DNA of 64,000 nt from an uncultured Pseudomonadota bacterium. GTDB taxonomy: Bacteria > Pseudomonadota > Gammaproteobacteria > Steroidobacterales > Steroidobacteraceae. The translations under genes and the position numbers were made by a program. The notes beneath the pieces were generated by a model. It did no database searches and had not been told where the DNA came from. It was given only the letters and a program-made list of their open reading frames with translations. Position 1 is the first letter of the stretch. Each line of letters opens with the position of its first letter. The DNA lies in contig CAVSEP010000004.1 in NCBI GenBank assembly GCA_963726995.1, positions 333,381-397,380 of the forward strand, in the 5' to 3' direction. Positions 18,106 to 26,984 of this stretch are shown one piece after another.

Positions 18106-19407
18106 ATGAGATACCCATGCATGGATAGGACCATAGAAAAAAAGGGCTGGTCGCCGGCCAGGTGGGCGATCAGCGCGGCCGTGGGACTGGTTGCCCTGGG
18201 CGTCATCTGGCAGCTGATCAGCCGCGCGGGCACATCGCGGCTGAGCGTCGACCCATCGCGCCTCACGACGGCGCAGGTGCGCACGGGGGAGTTCCTGGAC
18301 TACTACCCCTTCGACGGCACGGTGCAGCCGGCGACCTCCGTATATCTGGATGTCGAGGAAGGCGGCCGGGTCGAACAGATCGTCGACGACGGCGGCCAGC
18401 ATGTGCAGAAGGGCGACCTGATCCTGCGGTTTTCAAACCCTACGCTGGAGCGCAACACCATCCAGACGGAAAGCACGCTGCTGTACAACCTGGACATCCA
18501 GCGCAGCACCCAGCACGACCGGGCGCAGAACGTCAATCTGCTGAAGGAAACGCTGCTCGAGCTTGATCACGAGATCCTCGACGCGCAGAACAAGGATCGG
18601 CGCTACGCGCGGCTGATCAAGGATGGCAATACCGCCATCTCGCAGGAGCAGTTCGAGACCCAGCACAACCAACGGGAGTACCTGCAGAAGAAACGCGAGT
18701 TGATGGCCGAGCGCATCCGTCAGGAAGACAGCGCCAGCGCCAGGGAAATCGCCGAAGCGCAGAAGTCCATCGATTCAGAGCTCACGAATCTGAAAATGCT
18801 GCAGCAGATCAAGCAGAGTCTGGAGGTGCGGGCGCCGATCTCCGGCTATCTGTCGACCATCGACGCCCAGGTCGGACAGAACATCAATGCGGGCCAGCGC
18901 ATCGGCCAGATCGACCTGCTGGACAAACTCAAGGTGAATCTGAGCATCGATCAGTTCTACATAAGCCGCGTGCAGGTCGGCACCATCGGCCACGTGAATC
19001 TGGATGGGCGCAACTGGGACGTGAAGATCCAGAAGATCTATCCGGAGGTCAAGAACAGCGCCTTCGCGGCCGACGCCGTGTTCATCGGTGAGACGCCCGA
19101 ATCGCTCAAGCGCGGCCAGACCCTGACCATCGAGCTCACCTTCGGCGCGCCCTCGCATACGCTGATCGTGAACAAGGGCAGCTTCTACCAGGAGACCGCC
19201 GGCCGTTGGGTGTACCTGCTTGCCAAGGACGGCCGCAGCGCGCGCAAGGCCCAGGTTCGCCTCGGCCGGCAGAATCCGCTGCAGGTCGAGGTGCTGGACG
19301 GCCTGCGCGAAGGCGACCGCATCATCACCTCCGGCTACGACACCTTCAACAGCGTCGACGAACTGCAATTCACCGAGTCGATAAACACCAATCGGGGCAG
19401 CACATGA
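18106..19407 (+). CDS. HlyD-family periplasmic adaptor
   Basis: MDRTIEKKGWSPARW plus a TM segment, a coiled-coil (QREYLQKKRELMAERIRQ...), then barrel domains. The real start may be the second ATG at 18121. ATGA overlap with the next gene. Confidence 0.85.
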   Translation: MRYPCMDRTIEKKGWSPARWAISAAVGLVALGVIWQLISRAGTSRLSVDPSRLTTAQVRTGEFLDYYPFDGTVQPATSVYLDVEEGGRVEQIVDDGGQHVQKGDLILRFSNPTLERNTIQTESTLLYNLDIQRSTQHDRAQNVNLLKETLLELDHEILDAQNKDRRYARLIKDGNTAISQEQFETQHNQREYLQKKRELMAERIRQEDSASAREIAEAQKSIDSELTNLKMLQQIKQSLEVRAPISGYLSTIDAQVGQNINAGQRIGQIDLLDKLKVNLSIDQFYISRVQVGTIGHVNLDGRNWDVKIQKIYPEVKNSAFAADAVFIGETPESLKRGQTLTIELTFGAPSHTLIVNKGSFYQETAGRWVYLLAKDGRSARKAQVRLGRQNPLQVEVLDGLREGDRIITSGYDTFNSVDELQFTESINTNRGST

Positions 19408-20087
19408 TCATTGAAACTGAGAACCTGAAGAAGATCTATCGCACTGAAGTGGTGGAGACCACGGCCGTGAACGATATCAACTTCTCCTTGAGTCCCGGAC
19501 AGTTCGTTTCGGTGATGGGCCCCTCCGGATGCGGCAAATCCACGCTGCTGCACGTGCTGGGCCTGATCGACAGTCCGAGCGGCGGGCGCTACCGCTTCAT
19601 GGGCGAGGATGTCTCGGGATACCCGGAGCGGCGGCGCGCCAAGATCCGCAAAGCCCACATCGGCTTCGTGTTTCAGAGCTTCAACCTCATCGATGAACTG
19701 ACGGTGTTTGAGAACGTCGAATTGCCACTGATCTACGCGGGTGTGGCCGCCCACGATCGCAAGAGCCGCGTCGAGGGGGTGCTGGAGAAGATGGACATCG
19801 GGCACCGTCGCGGGCACTTCCCGGCGCAGCTGTCTGGCGGCCAGCAGCAGCGCGTGGCGGTCGCAAGGGCCCTGGTCAACCGGCCCAATGTGATCTTTGC
19901 CGATGAGCCGACCGGCAACCTGGATTCGGAGCACGGCGAGGAGGTCATGAAGATGCTGCTCAAGCTCAATGAGGAAGGCACCACCATCCTGATGGTGACC
20001 CATTCGGCGACCAATGCGGCCTACAGCGGCCGGATAGTCAGCCTGCTGGACGGCAAGATCGTTTCCGACAAGTCGGCCGGGCGCTAG
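19404..20087 (+). CDS. ABC transporter ATP-binding protein (MacB/LolD-like)
   Basis: Walker A GPSGCGKST, Q-loop, signature LSGGQQQRVAVARAL and Walker B VIFADEPTGNLD. The start is the ATG at 19404, not the long track ORF. Confidence 0.9.
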   Translation: MIIETENLKKIYRTEVVETTAVNDINFSLSPGQFVSVMGPSGCGKSTLLHVLGLIDSPSGGRYRFMGEDVSGYPERRRAKIRKAHIGFVFQSFNLIDELTVFENVELPLIYAGVAAHDRKSRVEGVLEKMDIGHRRGHFPAQLSGGQQQRVAVARALVNRPNVIFADEPTGNLDSEHGEEVMKMLLKLNEEGTTILMVTHSATNAAYSGRIVSLLDGKIVSDKSAGR

Positions 20088-20090
20088 GCC

Positions 20091-22544
20091 ATGCGCAACT
20101 ATCTGCTGGTGCTGCTCAGAACCCTGCAGCGCGAGAAAGTCTACGCCGCAATCAATATCGCGGGGCTGTCACTGGGCGTGGCGTGCTGCCTGCTGCTGGG
20201 CCTGTTCCTGTGGAGTGAACTGACCTATGACCGGCACTTCGCCAACCACGAGCGCATCTACCGCATCGAGAACGAATTCGACATCGCCGGCGCACACGAT
20301 CGATTCTCGATCACCTCGCGGGCGCTGGGGCCCATGCTGATCGCCGACAATCCCATCATCAAGGCCTTCGTGCGATTCCAGAGCAATGGTTCCGGGATCG
20401 GCAACAGCGGGGGCGTGGCCATCCATCACGGCACGGATACCTTCTACTGGGACAACTCCTACTACGTCGATGACAATGTGTTCGACGTGTTCTCGCACAA
20501 GATCATCGCCGGAGATCCCAACACGGCGCTGAAGGATCCCTCGTCCGTTGCCATCAGTGAAACGGTGGCCCGGAAGTACTTTGGCAACGCCAATCCGGTC
20601 GGCGAGACACTCACGACGGATGCCGGCCTGCCGGCCCGCGTGACGCTGGTGTTCGCCGATCTGCCGCCCAACACACATCTTAAGTACGATCTGCTCTTTT
20701 CGGGCAACGCCCCGTTCCTGCGTGACCCGGACAATCCGACCGTGCGGCGCCAGACGCTCTTTGGCGTCAATTCCTATACCTACCTGCTCATGGCGCCGGG
20801 ATTTGATCCCAAGAGCTGGCCGCGCATCAGCGATGAGTTCTTCAAGCGCTACATGGCGGATACGGCCAAGACCATCAAGGCCACCTGGTCCAGCTGGGTG
20901 CAACCGCTGACGTCGGTTCACCTGCATTCCACGGCGAACTACGATCGGCCCAATGGCAATCCGGTGTACCTGTATGGCTGTGCGGCGGTGGCGCTGTTCA
21001 TCCTGGTGGTGGCCTGCATCAACTACATGAACCTCGCCACGGCCCGGGCGATGCGCCGCGCCCACTCGGTGGGCATCCGCAAGATACTGGGCGCCAGCCG
21101 CCTGTCCCTGGGGCTGCAGTTCCTGGGCGAGGCGGTGCTGTTTTCGCTGCTGGCGCTCATCATCGGCGTGGTGCTGGTGGAGGTCTCCTTGCGGCTGACC
21201 AATATCAATTCACTGCTGGGCCAGCAGGTCAGCCTGGACCTGGTGCACCATCCGGCGTTGATCGCAGCGCTGATCGGCTTCGGGCTGCTGATGGGGCTGC
21301 TGTCGGGATTCTACCCGGCCGTTTACCTGTCCTCCTGGGCGCCGCTGTCCGCGCTCACCAGCAAGCATGCGGCAGGCAAAGGCAACCTGCGGTTCCGTGA
21401 AGCACTGGTGCTGACGCAGTTCACGATTTCGGTGGCGGTGATCGCCTGCACCATCCTCATGGCAGCCCAGATGCGCTATGTCGCCGGCAAGTCCCTAGGC
21501 TTCCAGAAGGAGAACCAGGTGGTCGTCACACTGCGCGGGGTGGCCACCATCGACCGGATCAGCACCATTCGCACGGAGCTGGCCAAGAACGGCCATGTGC
21601 TGGGCACCGCCGAGGCCTCGATCCTGATGGGGCAGACCCCCAGCATGAACGTCATGCAGCTGGAGAACAACGCCGGCGTGGTCACCCCGGTCACGAGTGC
21701 CAACGTCGCAATCGGCGAAGACTTCGTGAACGTAATGGGACTGAAGATCGTGCAGGGGCGCGACTTCTCGAAACGACTGCTCACCGATGTGGGTACGAAT
21801 GTCCTGGTGAACGAAGCCATGGTCCGAAAAATGGGCTGGAGCGAGCCGCTGGGCAAGCGTGGTCAGATGGGCAACCAGAGCGGACACGTGGTCGGCGTCG
21901 TACAGGATTTCAATTTCAAGTCGCTGCACACCCTGGTCGAGCCGCTGCTGATGTTTCCGCTGGTGGACAATTTCGGGCAGGTGCCGGAGATATTCCGCCC
22001 CACCGTGCAGCGCCTGTTGGTCGTGAAGATCTCAGGCACCGAGGTGGACAAGACGCTCGCCTATATAGAAAGTGTGATGGCAAAGGCCGATCCCAAGCAT
22101 CCATTCCAGTACCAGTTTCTCGATGACTCGCTGGATCAGCTGTATAAGTCCGAACACCAGCTCACGCGGCTGATCGGGATATTCTCGGTGATCTGCATCT
22201 TCATCGCCTGCCTGGGGCTGTTTGGACTCGCGTCCTTCACCACTGAGCAGCGCAGTCGCGAGATCGGCACCCGCAAGGTGCTGGGCGCTTCGGCCTGGCA
22301 GATCATCACCCTGCTGGCGCGCCGCATCCTGCTGCTGGTGGTGATCGCCTCGGTGCTGGCGGCCGTCATTTCCTACTTCGCCATCGATGAGTGGCTGACC
22401 GGATTCGCGTATCGGGCGGGAATCAATCCGCTGATATTCGTGCTCGCGGCCGTGGTGGCGGCCATCGTGGCATTCGTTACCGTGGCGCTGCAGTCGTACA
22501 AGACCGCCAGCGCCGATCCGGTAGATGCCCTGCGTCAGGTCTAG
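20091..22544 (+). CDS. duplicated FtsX/MacB-family permease (817 aa, two FtsX modules)
   Basis: Two TM1, extracytoplasmic domain and 3-TM units. FtsX cores IRKILGASRLSL and TRKVLGASAWQI. C-terminus KTASADPVDALRQV. Confidence 0.9.
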   Translation: MRNYLLVLLRTLQREKVYAAINIAGLSLGVACCLLLGLFLWSELTYDRHFANHERIYRIENEFDIAGAHDRFSITSRALGPMLIADNPIIKAFVRFQSNGSGIGNSGGVAIHHGTDTFYWDNSYYVDDNVFDVFSHKIIAGDPNTALKDPSSVAISETVARKYFGNANPVGETLTTDAGLPARVTLVFADLPPNTHLKYDLLFSGNAPFLRDPDNPTVRRQTLFGVNSYTYLLMAPGFDPKSWPRISDEFFKRYMADTAKTIKATWSSWVQPLTSVHLHSTANYDRPNGNPVYLYGCAAVALFILVVACINYMNLATARAMRRAHSVGIRKILGASRLSLGLQFLGEAVLFSLLALIIGVVLVEVSLRLTNINSLLGQQVSLDLVHHPALIAALIGFGLLMGLLSGFYPAVYLSSWAPLSALTSKHAAGKGNLRFREALVLTQFTISVAVIACTILMAAQMRYVAGKSLGFQKENQVVVTLRGVATIDRISTIRTELAKNGHVLGTAEASILMGQTPSMNVMQLENNAGVVTPVTSANVAIGEDFVNVMGLKIVQGRDFSKRLLTDVGTNVLVNEAMVRKMGWSEPLGKRGQMGNQSGHVVGVVQDFNFKSLHTLVEPLLMFPLVDNFGQVPEIFRPTVQRLLVVKISGTEVDKTLAYIESVMAKADPKHPFQYQFLDDSLDQLYKSEHQLTRLIGIFSVICIFIACLGLFGLASFTTEQRSREIGTRKVLGASAWQIITLLARRILLLVVIASVLAAVISYFAIDEWLTGFAYRAGINPLIFVLAAVVAAIVAFVTVALQSYKTASADPVDALRQV

Positions 22545-22576
22545 ACCTGAGGAACTGCGTTCATAGGAGTTTTGCA

Positions 22577-23650
22577 ATGAAGATGCGCTCAAGATTCTTC
22601 GCGCTGCTGGCGGCGGTGCTGTTGACCGGTGTGGCCCTGGCGCAGCAGCCGGCGGCCGCGCCGCAGGACCTTGCGGGTACCTGGCAGGGCAAGCTGCAGG
22701 TGGACCCAAAGACGGCCATGACCATCCGGTTCACCTTCACGAAGAAACCCGACGGCAGCTATGCGGCCGTCCTGAACTCGCCGGACAACGCCAGCATCAA
22801 GGATGTGGCGGCAGACTCGGTGCTGTGGAAGGCCGGGGCCTTGAGTCTTCAGGTCCCCTCGCTCAGCGGGTCATTCGCCGGCACGCTCGGCGCGGGTGCG
22901 ATCAGTGGCCAGTGGAAGCAGCCCGGGGGTGCACTGCCTCTGGTGCTGGCCCGCTATGAGAAGGCGCAGATTTCCAAGGCGGCCACCAGCATTCTGGTCG
23001 GCAGCTGGAACGGCCCCTTGGGCACGCCGCAGCCCAGCCTGACGTTCCTGATCGACTTCAAGCTCGATGACAAGGGTCAGCTGCAGGGCAGCCTGAAGTT
23101 CGCCGAACAGAATGTACCGGTACCGCCGTTTTCGGATATCGAGTTTGCCGACAACAAGCTGACCGCAAACATCCAGATGCCGAACGGCATTCCGGGGCAG
23201 TACTCGGCGACCTATGCCAACGGCGTGCTCACCGGCGTGTGGCGCGCAGGAAATCCGCTGCAGCCGCCGGCGGGCGTGCCGCTGGTGCTGAAGAAGGGCA
23301 CCTTCGTTCCCGTCGTGCATGTCCTTAAATTGAGCGCGGAAAGCTTCGGCCAGCTCGCCGGCACCTGGAATGGTGATTTGCAGGCGACCGGGCCGCAGGG
23401 CCCGGTGACGATTCCGCTGGTGCTGCGATTCGAGACCAACAAGAATGCCGACATGGTGGCATTCATCGACAGTCCGAAGCAGAACGCCATGAATCTGCCG
23501 GTGCTGGAGGCCACCCTGGCCGCGGGGAAGCTGATGATCAAGGTCGGCCTGGTCAACGGCGAGTATGACGCGACGCTGTCCGGCAATTCCCTGACCGGTG
23601 AGTGGAAGCAGGGGCCTGGTGTCTTGCCGTTGACGATGACCCGGAAATAA
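22577..23650 (+). CDS. secreted protein made of three tandem modules of about 110 aa (G[TS]W.G.L ... G.W.Q pattern)
   Basis: Signal peptide MKMRSRFFALLAAVLLTGVALAQQ. The modules start at LAGTWQGKL, LVGSWNGPL and LAGTWNGDL, and each ends in ...G.W[KR]QG...PL.L... The gene lies 32 nt after the permease gene. Confidence 0.75.
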   Translation: MKMRSRFFALLAAVLLTGVALAQQPAAAPQDLAGTWQGKLQVDPKTAMTIRFTFTKKPDGSYAAVLNSPDNASIKDVAADSVLWKAGALSLQVPSLSGSFAGTLGAGAISGQWKQPGGALPLVLARYEKAQISKAATSILVGSWNGPLGTPQPSLTFLIDFKLDDKGQLQGSLKFAEQNVPVPPFSDIEFADNKLTANIQMPNGIPGQYSATYANGVLTGVWRAGNPLQPPAGVPLVLKKGTFVPVVHVLKLSAESFGQLAGTWNGDLQATGPQGPVTIPLVLRFETNKNADMVAFIDSPKQNAMNLPVLEATLAAGKLMIKVGLVNGEYDATLSGNSLTGEWKQGPGVLPLTMTRK

Positions 23651-23677
23651 TCAAAGTTCCCGACGGAGGGATGTCAC

Positions 23678-24733
23678 ATGAGAATCCGAAATTGTCTGGC
23701 GGCCCTGGCGGCGATGTTCTGCCTGGCCGGGTGGGCCGCAACGCCTGCCTGGTCCCAGGAGCTTGCGGGCACCTGGCAGGGCAAGCTGCAGGTGGACCCG
23801 AAGACCGTCATGACCATTCAGTTCACCTTCGCGAAGAAGGCCGACGGCAGCTACTCCGCCGTGCTGAATTCGCCGGACAATGGTGCCCTGAAGAACGTCT
23901 CGGCGGACTCGGTGTCCTTGAAGGCCGGCGCGGTCAGCGTGCAGGTGGCCGCGCTCAGCGGCGGCTTCGACGGCACCCTCAGCGCCGGAAGCATCAGCGG
24001 GCACTGGAAGCAGCCCGGCGGCACGCTGCCTCTGGTTCTCAGTCCCTACCAGCGGCCGGTGTTCTCGAAGGCGGCCCTGGATACTCTCGTTGGCTCTTGG
24101 AACGGCCCGATATCGGCAGGCGGCAACAGCATGACCTTCGTGGCGCAGTTCAAGGTCGACGACAAGGGTGCCCTGCAGGGAACCCTCGCCGTTCCCGAGC
24201 AGGGAGGCAGGCCGCTGGACATGGCCGATATCCAGTTTGCCGACAGCAAGCTCACCTTCAAGATTCCGATCGTCTCGGGCGAGTTCAACGGGGCGCTTGC
24301 CAATGGCGCGTTCAACGGCCTATGGCGCCAGGGCAATCCCCTGCAGCCCCCGGAAGGCGTTCCGGTGGTGCTGAAGAAGGGAGAATTCGTCGCGAAGGTC
24401 CAGGTGCTGAAATTGAGCGCCGAATCCTTCGGCAAGCTGGCCGGATCCTGGACGGGAGAGCTCAACGTGCCGGGTCCGAACGGTGAAGTGGTCATCCCGG
24501 TCGTGTTGCGCTTCGAGACCAACCAGCAAGCCGCCATGGTCGGTTTCTGGGATGTGCCCAGCCAGGGCGCCAAAGGCATTCCCGTCTCTGAGGCCAGCCT
24601 TGAGGCGGGTAAGTTGGTGATCAAGGTACCCGCCCTGAACAGCGAGTATGATGCGAATCTCTCCGGCAATACCCTAAGCGGGCAGATGTCACAGGGGCCG
24701 GGCAGCTATGCCCTGACCCTGACGAGAAAGTAG
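23678..24733 (+). CDS. paralog of the preceding secreted triple-module protein
   Basis: Same architecture, about 60% aa identity by eye. Signal peptide MRIRNCLAALAAMFCLAGWAATPAWSQ. The first 40 nt or so of the mature region are nearly identical to the upstream paralog. Confidence 0.75.
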   Translation: MRIRNCLAALAAMFCLAGWAATPAWSQELAGTWQGKLQVDPKTVMTIQFTFAKKADGSYSAVLNSPDNGALKNVSADSVSLKAGAVSVQVAALSGGFDGTLSAGSISGHWKQPGGTLPLVLSPYQRPVFSKAALDTLVGSWNGPISAGGNSMTFVAQFKVDDKGALQGTLAVPEQGGRPLDMADIQFADSKLTFKIPIVSGEFNGALANGAFNGLWRQGNPLQPPEGVPVVLKKGEFVAKVQVLKLSAESFGKLAGSWTGELNVPGPNGEVVIPVVLRFETNQQAAMVGFWDVPSQGAKGIPVSEASLEAGKLVIKVPALNSEYDANLSGNTLSGQMSQGPGSYALTLTRK

Positions 24734-24774
24734 GCGCACAGCCCGGCCCGCAAGCACGCGGACGGGGAGGGGCG

Positions 24775-26253
24775 ATGCGGGTACATCGATTCGTTTCGAG
24801 CATGACCCTTGCATTGCTGACCTGTTCGATGGGGTGGCCCTTCGAAGCGGGGGCCGACGACTACTCCGATGCTCTGATGAGAAGCGAGTTCCTGTTGAAG
24901 AACGCGCAGCTTCAACTCTGCTTTGATCTGCAGCAGTCGGCGCCGAAGCGGCTTGCGTCCTGTACGTGGATCTTGGACCGGGAGACGCTGCAGAACGACC
25001 AGTACCGGATGGTCTACGTGGCGCGGGCACAGGTCTACCAACAAAGCGGCGATGATCGCGCGGCCTTGCACGATCTGAATGCCGCGGTGAAGGTCGATCC
25101 CAGGAGCCTGCAGGCCCGGATCGCGCGCGGCACCTATTTCGCATCCAAGGCGGACTTTGCGGCTGCCATGGCAGACTTCAACGCCGCGGTGGCCGATCAT
25201 CCCAAGGATGCCGTCGCTTACAACAGCCGCGGAGCTGGGCTGCATACCTTGGGCAAGGATGCGGAGGCGATTGCGGACTTCAGCCGCGCGATCGCACTCG
25301 ATCGCCATGACCTGAAGGCGTATTCGAATCGCGCCACCGCGGCAGTTGCGGCGGGGCAGCTGGACCTGGCCATCGCGGACCTCTCCGAGGTACTGAGGGT
25401 CAAGCCCGACAATGGCATGGCCTTCTATAACCGGGGTACGGCCTACGATCTGCATGGAGAGACCGACAAGGCCCTGGAGGACTACCGCAACGCCGTGCGT
25501 CTGCAGCCAAGGTATGCCCCGGCACTCGCGGCGCTCGGGCGGCTGCTCAGGAGCAAGGATCCGGACGCCGCCGTTCACGAATTGAGCGAGGCCATCAGGC
25601 TTGACCCGCGCTCTCCGGCACTCAGGAGCCGTGCCATCCTCTACCTGTCGATGGGTCGACTCGACACGGCAATCTTGGATTTCGACCAGGTCATCGCCAA
25701 TGATGGCTCCGATGCCATCGCCTACCTCGATCGTGGCGTGGCCAACGAGAAACTGGGCCGGCTGAACGACGCCATCCGCGACTTCTCCCGCAGCTACGAA
25801 TTGAGCCCCACGGTGGCCGTGCAGGTGAATCGCGGTAATGCCTACGCTCAGCTGGAGCAGCCGCAGAAGGCCTTGCTGGATTTCAACGCGGCACTGGTCA
25901 CAGAGCCGAAGAATCCTCTGGCCCTGATCGGCAGGGCCAACGCGCACTATGCGCAGCAGCTGAGGGCGGAAAGTCTTGAAGACTACACGCGGGTCATCGA
26001 AGTGGATCCGAACAATGCCATCGCCTATTTCAAGCGCGGCAATGTGCACCTTGACCTGCAGGAATTTGCCGCGGCCTTCAGCGACTATTCGAGCAGCCTC
26101 AAGCTCGCTCCGGACCAGGCCGTGGTGCTCTATAACCGGTCGATTGTCGCAGCCCGCCTGGGGCGCCGCAAAGAGTCTGCCGAGGACCGCCGTCGGGCGC
26201 TTGGGCTGGATCCGGAACTGGGCCACGGTGAAGCGCTCTCGCGGGGGAAATGA
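24775..26253 (+). CDS. secreted tetratricopeptide-repeat protein (about 10-11 TPRs)
   Basis: Repeated A..Y..RG.....G....A..DF..A..L.P pattern throughout, with an N-terminal signal-like segment. Confidence 0.8.
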   Translation: MRVHRFVSSMTLALLTCSMGWPFEAGADDYSDALMRSEFLLKNAQLQLCFDLQQSAPKRLASCTWILDRETLQNDQYRMVYVARAQVYQQSGDDRAALHDLNAAVKVDPRSLQARIARGTYFASKADFAAAMADFNAAVADHPKDAVAYNSRGAGLHTLGKDAEAIADFSRAIALDRHDLKAYSNRATAAVAAGQLDLAIADLSEVLRVKPDNGMAFYNRGTAYDLHGETDKALEDYRNAVRLQPRYAPALAALGRLLRSKDPDAAVHELSEAIRLDPRSPALRSRAILYLSMGRLDTAILDFDQVIANDGSDAIAYLDRGVANEKLGRLNDAIRDFSRSYELSPTVAVQVNRGNAYAQLEQPQKALLDFNAALVTEPKNPLALIGRANAHYAQQLRAESLEDYTRVIEVDPNNAIAYFKRGNVHLDLQEFAAAFSDYSSSLKLAPDQAVVLYNRSIVAARLGRRKESAEDRRRALGLDPELGHGEALSRGK

Positions 26254-26259
26254 ACGGCG

Positions 26260-26475
26260 CTAAGCGCGCGGGCGGGTGTTGCTCCAGACCACCTGAGCGA
26301 TGCCCACCACTGCCAGGATGGCCCCGTACAGCGTCCAGTGCAGGTCACCGACCATGAAGCCCACGCGGAAGGCGAGATTCAGACCCTGCAGCATCCACAC
26401 CGCGCCCGCGGCCACCATCGCGAGGCCGATCAGGCTGCTCACGATGCGCATGATGATGTTGAAGGCTTGACGCAT
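26260..26475 (-). CDS. small two-TM membrane protein
   Basis: MRQAFNIIMRIVSSLIGLAMVAAGAVWMLQGL...LYGAILAVVGIAQVVW contains two hydrophobic helices. It is divergent from the blaI-like gene. The start is chosen at an internal Met. Confidence 0.45.
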   Translation of the reverse strand: MRQAFNIIMRIVSSLIGLAMVAAGAVWMLQGLNLAFRVGFMVGDLHWTLYGAILAVVGIAQVVWSNTRPRA

Positions 26476-26576
26476 AGGCTTTCGACTCCCCGCTGGCTCG
26501 ATCGCGACCGTATCACATCGGCCTGGCGGTGATCTTTCCCGGAGTTTTGCGTTCGGCCGATTCATATGCTACTTTG

Positions 26577-26588
26577 TGTAGCACTACA
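26577..26588. promoter_or_regulatory. TGTAG-N2-CTACA inverted repeat, candidate BlaI/CopY-type operator
   Basis: The palindrome TGTAGCACTACA lies 16 nt upstream of the blaI-like ATG. Further TACA/TGT half-sites flank it (CTACTTTGTGTAG, ACAGGATGT). Confidence 0.35.
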
Positions 26589-26603
26589 GGATGTCGCAGT
26601 TAT

Positions 26604-26984
26604 ATGAAGCAGATTCCGACGGATCTGGGTGAGCTTGAGCGCGAGGTGCTGGAGTTGGTCTGGCGGTTGGGACAGACCACGGCCGAACAGATCCGCCAGG
26701 CGCTGAAACGGTCGCTGAAGGAATCCACCGTGCGCACGGTGTTGAGCCGCCTGGAGCAGAAGGGCTTTCTGGTGCATGAGGTGGAGCAGCGAACCTTCAT
26801 CTATCGGGCCGCGACCCCGCGTGCTGATGTTACCTCGCGTGCCGTGCAGCGCATCGCCGATTGGTTCTGCAAGGGATCGGTCGATGAGGTGCTGCTGGGC
26901 ATGGTGGAAGCAAAGGTCATCGACCAGCGGGATCTGCAGCGCCTTATCGCCAAGATCGAGAAACTTAAGACGGGGGACAAGTAA
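26604..26984 (+). CDS. BlaI/MecI/CopY-family winged-helix repressor
   Basis: LGELEREVLELVWRLGQTTAEQIRQAL...STVRTVLSRLEQKGFL... is the typical penicillinase-repressor fold sequence. The stop overlaps the start of the M56 gene. Confidence 0.85.
   Translation: MKQIPTDLGELEREVLELVWRLGQTTAEQIRQALKRSLKESTVRTVLSRLEQKGFLVHEVEQRTFIYRAATPRADVTSRAVQRIADWFCKGSVDEVLLGMVEAKVIDQRDLQRLIAKIEKLKTGDK

Noticed and set aside
24706-26226. 506-aa ORF on the minus strand opposite the TPR gene. Similar very long ORFs occur at 31638..33030(+), 44142..46001(-), 48957..50297(-), 50484..51842(-), 13465..15126(+), 15891..16790(+), 563..1510(-), 20169..21065(-) and 34703..35413(-).
   Set aside because: All lie antisense to, or out of frame with, genes that have clear family motifs. 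Their translations are Arg/Gly/Ala/Pro/His-rich with no recognisable domains, as expected for stop-poor shadow frames in DNA of about 65% GC.
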